Below, piece after piece: positions 25,323 through 36,500 of a stretch of 64,000 nt of DNA. The DNA is taken from contig KZ538540.1 of assembly GCA_000934665.2 (NCBI GenBank), positions 1 to 64,000 on the forward strand. The letters run 5' to 3'. The notes under the pieces were generated by a model, which was not told where the DNA came from, did not search any database, and saw nothing but the letters and a program-made list of their open reading frames with translations. Both the position numbers and the translations under genes were made by a program. Origin of the DNA: Catajapyx aquilonaris (taxonomy: Eukaryota). Numbering within the stretch: position 1 is the stretch's first letter; every line of letters begins with the position of its first letter.

Positions 25323-25653
25323 AAGTGTTAAAACGGATATGTGTATTATTCCTTATATTGTTTCAGCTTACTATATGGAAACACCACATCAGGTATTTTA
25401 CTTGAAATAAGACTAGAGTGTACAATATGAGAGCAATTGCACCAGATGACTGCCGCTGGCCCTGAAACTTATAAGTTTGTTGCTGACTTGTGAATCAATT
25501 GCCTGCTCAGGGCAACGTCACCTTCCATGTGAACAGTGGGAATGTGGGATGGAAGTAGGTCTTCTGCACATGACAAAAATGAAAGAGAAAACGGAATATT
25601 TGCAGCAACTACGGCTTATCAAGAGTGATCAATTTAGGACAAAGTCAACGGTG

Positions 25654-26593
25654 TACGGGCGAGTCTGAAAATAAGTCATGTTCTTGTCCCCTGGCTTTAT
25701 TTCGGTTGCTTGAGGGATTGCCAGCGATTGTATTCAGGCAGTTTCCTCCCCTTGCAAATCGACTGCGCAGAATTTATCAATAATAATAAGTTGTGCAGAT
25801 CGCACGTTTACTGAAGCTGATCGTACATAATAGAGGTCGATGAAGTCAGTGAAGCAACGGAACACAACAGATACACATGTTATTTTCCGGCGTAGCATTC
25901 CTGGAATCATGAATTATAAGTAGACTATTTCTAGCAGGTAAACGTCCACTTATAGCTTGTGTAAGCTATTGTTATATCGAAAGCAGGGCTTGCAGCAGGT
26001 GACAGTGTTTATAAATCGATCATAACACTATGTTAGGTAAACTACATCATTATGCGCTGGCTCCGGCGGACAACTGAAATAAGCACACAAGAACTTGTAT
26101 ATATTTCTCAAGATCATCTTTGTCTACAATTTCCTAGACAATTTCGATGATTCTGCTACCTTCATAATTATGCTGTTACGATTTGAGAATATTTCATAGT
26201 TGCGTACCTACTATGAAGGAATGGTGATTCGGAGAAAAGCCCAGAAAATGTTTGCACCTGGAGTGCTGCTTCTGCACGACAATCCACCCGGCCAAATGTG
26301 TCAGATGTTCTGGCCAGTAGATGCTACGGCTACAAAGAACTGAAGTACTGAACTAGCTCCCAGCGACAGTATTTGTTTTGTCACTTGAAGAAAAGCCTTC
26401 GAGGACACAGACTTCAAGGTGACAGAAATGTCTCGAGACTGTGGAGACATTGTTGGGATGCGTTAGTCACTTTCTGCTCAGATTTCTTTATTCTAAAGCA
26501 AGTGGGGAAGACATGCATTGAGTTGTGAGGACCCTACGTAGACACTTGACAATAATTCCTTCATATTCAGGTAGATAACTCTTGAAGCTCGTA
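25654..26593 (+). mobile_element. Decayed mariner transposon (transposase pseudogene)
   Basis: Broken translation from 26227 gives IRRKAQKMFAPGVLLLHDNPPG, ELAPSD and LFCHLKKSLRGHRL, matching the mariner LLHDNARPH and YSPDLAPSD..LF..LK motifs. Many stops and frameshifts. TACG.../...CGTA ends are approximate. Confidence 0.7.
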
Positions 26594-27196
26594 GGTTGAA
26601 GGGCTTACTGAGTTATGAATTCACTGCTGATTTTGATATTTCGAAACTGTCATTCTTTTTTACGTGCAGTAGACTACGCCACCACTGTTATTTTGCTACA
26701 TGCAAGTGACGTCAAATAGATATGCGCACAAATTTCGAATTGATGACAAAATAATACCAAACGTAATAAATATATCTAATATTGCCTTCCCCCCCTCCCC
26801 TCCCCAGGCCGCAGCCATTGAGTAAAAGTGTTGGAATATCAGCATTAGTTTTCCCCCCTTTTGCTCCCTCATTCCCTGATAAAAGCAACGACACCAATGA
26901 CAGTGATTACTCCAAGTTTGGCCCATTTCCCTAGCCAATCAGGCCGAACACGACTGGTGATGCACACGTCCTTTCTGATCCAAGACCAGAAGCTGCCCTC
27001 ATCAGTCCCAGCACTCTCAAATGCCGCATGTCTTGGGCTCCACCGCGGACCATCCGCATTTTGTAACACCGTTGTCATCCTGCTGGCTGTTGTCGACATC
27101 CGCGGATACATTCATATACAGTGACAGTTAAATAGTGGTCCGTGACGGACGACACGAACGGCGTCGACAGTGGATTGGGACACGGCGCGGCGCCTT

Positions 27197-27233
27197 TATA
27201 AGCACGTAGCTGTCCCCACTGGAAGGTCAGATT
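27197..27233 (+). promoter_or_regulatory. TATA box and Inr-like element of TAT
   Basis: TATAAG at 27197, TCAGATT 30 bp downstream, ATG at 27261. Confidence 0.55.
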
Positions 27234-27260
27234 GTTCTTGGGGACCACGCAGTCATCATC

Positions 27261-30200
27261 ATGAAGGAGAAGACAGGATGGAACATCAGGGCCTCCGAGT
27301 TCGCCAAGCACACCTACAATCCCATCAGGGCCATTGTTGACTCCATGGACCTCAACCCCCATCCGGACAAGCCCTTAATTTCACTCTCAATTGGTAAGGA
27401 CACTTTGTAGGTACAACAATGGTGGTCTTCCTTTACTGGGACATCTCGTCACAACTCATGTGACTGTCGGAGGTCGACTTGTGCAAGAATCGTGGTATCA
27501 GTGTGGGGTCAAAAAGTCGCCCAATATGCAGCATATAAGTGAAGGCTGCGCATTTTTAATGATGTAACTTATCCGAAGTGACGAAAGTTGGATTGCAACC
27601 AACATTTGATTAGGATTCATCGGACGACATACTGACACCACTGAGGCTAATCTGGACTTTTGTCGTTCAGAATTTCGATTTTTTAATGAACTCTTTTGAT
27701 CTTATTTTTAACATCCTTTTCGTAGATTGAGATTTTTAACGTATTTGCTTATGTATCAGCAGCCATTTGCCAAACTGCTGCACACTTATGTAATAGGAAA
27801 TTTAATAGCAGCCGGAACACAAAGTTTAAAACCGAAGCGTGAAGGTTGCAGCCTATACACCTGTCGTTTATAATTAGTTTTAGACTTAGAGGTAAACAAG
27901 GTTGAAAAAAGCCTCCAAGCAAAGTGTCATTAACGGGGTTCCGGAAGCAACACTTTCGAACGTAATAAAATAGTTCCGATGAAGACAATCGATCACCCTG
28001 TATGGTCCTTGGGAGGATGTTCCATAAATCGCCTGATTGCTTCCACCATTTGGAATTTAACCGGCTGGTAAATGGCCAAGTCATTTGGCGGTCTCAACTC
28101 TCTCTTTCCAAATTACAAATCGAGGTTATCTCGTGGGGCGTTTCAGGAAGGTCATGGGAAAGACTATGTTTCGTCTGTCCTCTGGAGAAAAAATATATAT
28201 TTACGTGCGACAGAGGCATAAATGATTGGAGGTTGACAGTCTATGAAGAAAGTAAGGTGTCCAATATATTGTGTATCGGTAGTGCGCGATTGTCACCTAT
28301 ACATCAGTTATTTTTAGCAATGTGGGAGGAGGGGGGGGGGGAGAAAATAAGCAGATATTTCCAGGAATTGTTACACAAGGAAGCTTATTTTAGCATCAGT
28401 TCCTAACAATAGGCTCATGTCAAGGCGGGGAAATTGACCTGCCTCAACCATGGCCGTGACAGTGACGGGATTGTCACGATCGTAACAATATCTGGAATTG
28501 TTGACTGTGATATAGCTATTAGTGGCGCAAGTGATTGGAGAATAAATATGTATTGTGCCTCTGGTCCTATAAACAAAAACATATGTCATGTTGTTTCTCA
28601 TAATGCAATGAAGTTTCTCATATTAATATATTAATATATTATATTGTTTTCATACTTCTGGTTGGCCAATACCAATCTCGTGGACTGATAATGAAACAAA
28701 ACATCATACACAAATGAGCCTTAGGTGTAGGCCTACTATACTTTGAGAGTACAGTATTTTGTTTTGACGCGGGGAAGTGGGGATTTTGTAACCTTCAAAA
28801 TATTAGTGTGAAAGCATTGTGTACTATTTTGAAGCGATGGACCTGGAATTTCTAGGTCAGTTTGGTATGGTACGTAGGCTACATGGACTGTACGATAGTG
28901 ACAAATACCTTGGCATGGAATGAGAAGAATTTGAGCGATGAGCGATTTTCCGGCATTCCGCCACATTGGAAGGTTCTGTATTTACTACCTAAAAATATTT
29001 TTGTGGTTGGCTTTTGTTGTCACATTGGCCATCATAGCAACTAGCGACACCCCAAATGACCACTGCGTTCAGTGTTACAAAAACACTGTTACATTCCTCT
29101 GGCCTCTGTCACTGGCAGACCCTAATGTGCCTGCTGTTATCAGCTGGTATTTTCAAAGTAAGGAGGAAAAAATGTGAGAGAAGACCTATAATGAGAGATG
29201 AAAATAATTATTCTGATTGGTCATACAGAAACACGCTGACGGTTTTTCTTGAGCTTTTCCACTATGTTATATTCCCTTTGTTGATGTTGTAATGAGAGGT
29301 CCTTATTAATAGATCTATTAACTTACATATATTTGACTCATAAATGGTTGTTATTGTTGTGAGGAAAAATATATTGCATGTATGCAATCAATAATAATTT
29401 ATCTGCGAGAAACAACTGCGCCGCCTCATCTCTACTTGGTAAAAAAATAGTAAATGCCTGTATCGCAAAAAAACAGAGAAATTGACAGGTTCATTTGAGG
29501 TTATCTGGTAGGGAGGAGGAGTGCGAGGTCATCCTGAGATCGAATTGTGACCTTCTCATAATATTCAGTGTGAAAAGATGTCAGATTTGCTGCATTTTTA
29601 CAGACTTGAATGTGTCGAAAATATACAGGACATTTTGTAACTCTTTCGTCACGCATGATCTGGTTGTTAAAAGATAGTGACGTTTTCATGAATGTGGCAA
29701 TTGGTCTTGACGTGTAACATCCGTACTATGACGCAAGCATTTTAATCAATTGATTAATTTTTTTAGGTGATCCCACGATATTTGGAAATTTGATGCCTGA
29801 TGACACCATAACGGAAGCAGTTATTGAAAGCGTTCAAACCATGAAATTCAATGGATACGCCCCATGTGTTGGTGAGTTAGCTGTTTGTTGCCTCATATGT
29901 CATATAGGGTAATAATACTTTTTTCATTGCAGGATACGAATGTGCTAGAGATGCAGTAGCCAAGTATTACCGCCGCCCTGAAATGCCTGTAGATGCACAA
30001 GTACGTATACTTAAGTCGAATTAGCAAATGCTAATTATACAAAACTTGACCCTTCTGATGTAATTTCAGGATGTGATTTTGTGCAGTGGGTGTTCCCATG
30101 CGTTGGACTTGTGTATTTCTGTCCTGGCCAGTAGAGGTCAGAACATCCTCGTGCCTCGACCTGGATTCCCCTTGTACCGGACCTTAGCCGAGGGTCAAGG

Positions 30201-32055
30201 AATCAAAATAAAATATTACAATTTGCTGGTAAGAATATGGCGAAGTAATTCAATAAGATTTCTTCAGGAATGAAATTTAATTCTCATTAAATTATCATAG
30301 CCTGATCGAGGTTGGGAGGTTGACCTGAAGCACCTTGAGTCTCAGATTGACCCCAGCACGGTGGCCATCGTCGTGAACAATCCTTCCAACCCCTGCGGTT
30401 CTGTCTACGATTCCGCTCATCTCAAACTCATCCTGGACGTGGCAGCTAGGAACTATCTCCCAATAATTGCTGATGAGATATATGACGAGTTTGTTTTCCA
30501 AGGGCACACGTTCCACCCCATAGCTGCATTAAGTACAGAGGTACCCATCTTAGCCTGTGGAGGACTCACCAAAAGGTAACGACAGTCAATGACCTCATTA
30601 GCTTTTAATTACCTTTTTTACATTATGATCATTTGATGTGATATTTTAATTATAGATTTCTGGTACCCGGATGGCGAATGGGGTGGATCATGATCCATGA
30701 TCGTAACGAGTTATTTTCATCTCAAGTGCGTATCTTACAATGAGTGGCGGATTTTGCGAAGGTTATCATAAATCTTACCAGATTTTGCGAAATTGCAGAT
30801 TCGACCCGGATTGCTGGCGCTGTCCCAAAGGATAATCGGGAGTAACACTCTCATTCAGGGAGCGCTGGAAACCATCTTGTCCAAGACACCACAAGAGTTC
30901 TTTGAGGACACTATTGCAGTAGTGCAAGTAAGCCTCAACTTGCACATCCCACTAATATTATATTTATTATGCAATATTTATTATGGCATATTTTGCAGGA
31001 AAATACGGAATTAGCGTATGAAAAATTATCAAAAATTGCAGGCCTTAAACCGATCATGCCTGCAGGAGCCATGTACATGATGGTAAGACCTGTTGTCTTG
31101 AATGTGTGCAGTATTTAGAAATTTAAAAAATAACTTTTTCCCCCCGATTCCTCAGGTTGGAGTCGATATGGAGAAGTTTCCCGAGTTTTCCACCGATCTG
31201 GAATTCGTCGAAGGCATGGTTACGGAGCAATCTGTGTTCTGCCTCCCCGGAAGGGTGAGACAACATTTTCTTCCCTTCTTGGTAACCAATATGGTTCAGG
31301 ATCACTAACAAATTGCGCAATAAGAGAGAAAGTTCGCGACAGGAGTGTCAATGTTATCAGGGAGGAAAACCAAGGGCAAACATTGCCATCAGTCACATGA
31401 ATCCGTTGCCAAGCTGTTTTCCTTCCTAATTTTTTCCACGGATACTCTGACCGGGAAATCAGAACTGCATATCAGAGTTTTATATGCAATGAAATGAAAA
31501 GACTTCCAGTTATATCGTCAAATTATGCATGTGATCGCCTTGTGGTTTTTCCATGAAAATGAGTCAGATTGCTCGCGAAATTGCGATTTTCGTTGCTCCA
31601 TGTAGACGACCCTCAACCTGTTTGTGGGCTGCTCAGGAGAAGCGGTTACCGGTGCAGTAGTCACGCAATTCAGCCAAAGGTCGTGGGAAAAACGCTGTTT
31701 AGTTCTACATTCCCCGATTAATTAATTAGTCGCAGCTCATATAAATTATCCGATTAATTAGTTTCGTATGTTTTCACAGGTGTTTGAGTACCCCGATTAC
31801 GTCCGCTTGGTTCTGACCATCCCTGAGGAGCAAGTGCGCGAAGCATGTGTACGAATGGCTGAGTTCTGTTGCAAGCACTACAGGGCTCCCATACCCAATG
31901 GTAAGCTTATGGTCGGAGCAGGTGCTGGCAACCCATGCTGCTTCTGCGACGAGGTACACGAATCGGTGGGCAATGGACCCGACGGTTCTGTCATATGTTC
32001 CGCATGTCCTGCCATACCGAACAGCGAAGAGCGACATCACCAAACTTCATCCTGA
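27261..32055 (+). CDS. TAT: Tyrosine aminotransferase (class I PLP-dependent)
   Basis: Exons 27261-27393, 29767-29871, 29933-30000, 30070-30228, 30301-30575, 30656-30725, 30799-30927, 30999-31082, 31156-31254, 31780-32055 (alternative spliced end at 32147). Motifs [46 protein letters not shown], the PLP-lysine motif [16 protein letters not shown], and EQSVFCLPG. Confidence 0.96.
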
Positions 32056-33572
32056 TCATCATTTTTTGTGTATAAAAAGAGCGTGTATCTTTTTCTGGTT
32101 GTTATGGTACCTTTTTTTTTTGTTTTCCAGCGACGCACAGTATGTAGCATGCAGGGTACAAAACATATAATTATGTACACTATTTTGCACTTGTGGTTGT
32201 GAGTCTTACAGCAGGGAGGATAACGTTGTGATTGAACGAGATTCATGGATGAGAAGTCATCATAGTTAACTTATGTGGTAGGCTGTAGAAATTTATCAGA
32301 ATGCTTTAAGATAAAATGATTAAGAGAAAGAGTAATGTTTCCAAGCTAAGAGTGTGCGTGCGGTAGTGTATATCGGAAAAGTTTGTAGATTTGTTCACAT
32401 TTGCCTTCATTTTATACCAATGCACATGTGGTGACATCCTAAGGTGGATATACAACCCTTAGCCTATTATGGTACAGTTGAAAGCAGTCTTTCTTGAGAG
32501 GTATAACAATGGCACACTACTGGTCAACTGAACCAAATTCTGGTGGCTGATGCTAGGAATTGGGGTTCTTTTGGGAGTTTTAGTCCAGGCAACTTATACT
32601 GATGCATTCCAGGTCACGGCGGATATGCACTGTTGCGATATATTAACGTACCAAGTGACCAACAGCTATGAAATTTTGCCTCTGAAGCAGGAAGGCCTTC
32701 AAGTATACCTTGACACCAAGATGTCGAGTTCATATTTTTCTTGGTCAAATAAAATACAGCTTGAATTCCAAGAAGCAAGAATTGCAGATAGATATATTAC
32801 CATGACTGTAAATCAAGTCAGAAGTGTACAGAGATATTGTCTGAGTTATATTCGTATTTATTGACCGAATAAACAGTAGCAGTTAGCGAAATTCAGTTGG
32901 GTTTTTTTGTTGTCATCATAATTATCCCAGGGACTCATTCCCATAATCATGCATTCTCGATCTGGATGGAGATTGAACAAGAGACGCTGCAATGCATCTT
33001 CTTTGTACAGTATGGTATGGTATCTTGCCCAAGACCGTAGTTCGTATCCCCCTCCGGCGGACATGTGACACTAGCGATACCATCGTTGAATGTGGTCCAT
33101 TCCCCATCTGCACCTGCACAACAAACAAGCAGCCAATCGGGCTGTCCGCATTGTGTACATTATCAACGTGACTCCTTGGGAGTTTCTGCAATCTCCCAGC
33201 TCTGCAAAATTCCCCGCAGATTGAAGTCCATCTCTAAGTGAGCGTCACCTGACTCAGCCGATGCCTTGCCGATGCTGACAGACTTGGAATTCCTTGGCCA
33301 TCTAGCTGGAGGAGGAGGAGGAGGAGGAGACGACACGAGAGGCGTCGTAATGCACCTTCCCTTATTCCATCTTCCACAACCAAGGACAGCAAGAGGGAAT
33401 AAGGACCCATTGTCTCCCTGCTGATGACTCTCGCAGGTAGGTTGCAGAACACAAGAGTGTGTCACAAATGGGTTCGATGCTTGGATGTGACCTGCCATTC
33501 CCATGCCACCCACTTGTTAGGGATCCAGCCCAGCTGATGCAGCAGTAGAAGGACACTTCCGCTGCAGTCAGA

Positions 33573-36500
33573 ATGAGCCAGGCAACAGCATGGAGCCAGC
33601 TGGGGATGGCTGCCCTCAGCCACCCCAGCTACACAGCCTCAGAGATCATGCAAGGGTCAGTCCTCTCCATTGACGGCAGGGAATTTCCATGTCTGCAGGA
33701 TGTGCGCCAACCCAAGCCATGCCAGAATGCGCCGGCAATGAATAGTTGTCTGGAGGCACCACCATCGTACTTGTCATGCTTGTCATTGCATAGTTCCACT
33801 CATGCAGCTGACAAGTCAATGAGCTTCATAAGTGGATTCTTTAGCAATGGCCAGGCCTCACCCCCTACCGAAAATGAGTCTTCCGCTGGTCGCAACAACA
33901 AGTACTATTTCTCAGCTGGGCTCTCCCTGCTTGACATCAAGCAGGCACTGCAGAAGCCAGGACATATTCACCTGACACATATCATGTAAGCACAACGGTA
34001 ATAGTTAGTCATTTTCACCCATTTTCACAGGCAGAAATACACCTGAATCAGTGTACACTAGGATCTTCACTCTAATATGTGCATGCAGAAATAAATTTTT
34101 CTTAATATAAATTTATTTTGTAGCCAACCTCATGAAACTACTCGAGTGTTACTGACAAAACCAGTTACAGTATTTGACTTCTCATGTTTGTTAAAATGAA
34201 GAGTACCATACCTGCAATACTATCGTTCAACTGATGATGATAATTTCATTGCAGGTCATCCCTCAAGCGTCTCGTCCAGAGCAGCATGCGCACCAATCAC
34301 TACCCATCACCAGCAGACTTGCATGTCATCTACCTTTTTGCCAGTATTCAACGTCCATACCTGAACAAATACAACTTGATTCCTATGCCAAGGTGATTAT
34401 GACACTACACAAAAATGACAGAATATTACATTATTGTAATAACAGAACTTCTTGATATAATCCTTCATTTTGGTTTTCAAGGGCTATAAAAAATATTGCG
34501 TTTCAAAGTTCTGACAGTATTTTTGCTTCCAGGATTATGGAGAAGTTGCAGCGAGGGGAATTGTCACTAGAAGATGTCTCTGTGGGCATGGAAACTGCTG
34601 CCAAATATGCTCAGAACCTTTTGCAAGAACCATCTAGTCAGTTTCCCAACTGGGATGTTATAGTACTGGATGGAGTGGGATGTATTTTTGAGCCATGTGC
34701 TATAGAGGTAGTAAGAGCTAAGGAAAGCTATGAATCAGTGTGATTTACCTTTTTTTCCTTTTTCCTGACAGGTGATTCTTCCTATACTTAAATTAATGGG
34801 GTATAAGGTTCTGGACTCCCAAGCTGTGATTTATTCTCGAGGAGTTAGAGAGCGCCTCAACCGAGAAAGGCTGGAGTTGGTCTGTGCTGAAGTGGCTCTG
34901 GCTACAGGAGAATTGCAGCTGCTCAGGAGTGATTCACATCCTCTCTTAACATTTCTTGACAATGACCTGGACTGTGAGAGTTGCTGCGAGGTAAGTAAAA
35001 TTATCTAAGTCACAAATGGATGGCATGGTGGCATAGTGGTTATGGCCCCAGGCTTCCACCTCATGTCAGAGGATGGATTTTCTCTCGCAAAAGAGGTTTG
35101 GTGGGTTCTCTCCATACTCATGGGAGTTTCCTTGGAGTTTTTTTTGTTTTCCCTAATTCTCAAAATTCATAATCAGCAGAGTAATTAAAGATTAATATAA
35201 AACCTCTTAGGCTATATTACTCATGTTGCTTTTGGTGACTTAGGGTTTTCATTATGTGGATCAGCTACACCTGACAGTTAAATAATCTAACAAACCGAAG
35301 CGGTAGTGGTGGAGTCGTATGGTGTCCGACTGCAAATCGGGAGGTCCTGGGTTCGAATCCCGGAGGCTGGCGACCCTGACCATGGTTTTCTGTGGTTTCC
35401 CATGGTCCTCGCAGGATAATTCCGGGGTCGTTACTGTAATCATAGGCCACAGCCGCTTCCTTCCTTCCCTATCCTTGCCTCATTCCGATGAAAAAGTAGT
35501 AAAAATGGAAAGAGTTCCAGACAAAAAAAAATTGATAGAAATCCACCCCTAGAAAAGCCCGGTTGGCTGATAATGGGGTATCAAATTAATTAGGGTGAAG
35601 TGGGGGAAGTGCACACCCGGGGTAAGTGCACATATTGTGCCGCCATATTGGAATGAAAATGGCTGACGACACCAAAACGCGTCAGCTATGTAGCTGCACT
35701 GTGCAGCTGACAAATAGGATAGGCTATATTTGTAGTAATTTACATAGCTAACAAACTAAAACTGATGTTATTTTCGCTATAAAACTACAGCTGACTGTAA
35801 AAATCTGGCAGAAAATCTGGACTCGGGTGGTGCAATCTACTCTTCTCAAATTACACGCTGATTAGTCACAGTCAAGAAAGATGTGTTGACTGCTAGGTAG
35901 TGGGGCAATATAGAAGGAATTGGTCAAAATGCCTATTTTCAAAGATGATGACAGACATTCTTGAATAAATTCTGAGTACAGACGTGGGGGGGCCTGTGAT
36001 TCTATGACATTCATGAGCATGTTGGATGTCATGGAAGCTGGGGCGGTGGAGGAAGGCTCCAGACCATCATCCATATGCCATTTGGCATGTAATGGTGCAC
36101 AGAGTGTCATGTTTGCACCACCAGAATCAAACATTTTTGCCGGATTTTTAGAGACCTACATGTTGAAGCAGTGCAGACTTCCAAATGGCCTAATTACCAA
36201 AAATTCTGAAATCAAGTACAGTTTCTTTCCCAGGGATTTGAAAGGAACCTTAGGACTAGGTTGTTGAATACAAATTAAGGATTTGTCATATGCCAGATTA
36301 TGTTTTGTGAATACTTGTGCTATAATAAAATAATAAGAATAATTTGTTATCCTGTGCTTGGATTCTGGGCTCTTAGGGGATCCTCTTTATGCTCCTGATT
36401 TTATTCTCTTTCTATGCTGCTGATGGAATTTGGTTGTGGGAGGAAATGGGCGAACCTTGATAAAACCTGGGAGTACCCTGAGAAAACCCATGGGAACATG

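Noticed and set aside
33540..33975. Minus-strand frame with repeated TGA codons suggesting a selenoprotein
   Set aside because: The TGAs are antisense images of TCA serine codons in the + strand RNF31 exon; no UxxC motif or SECIS seen.
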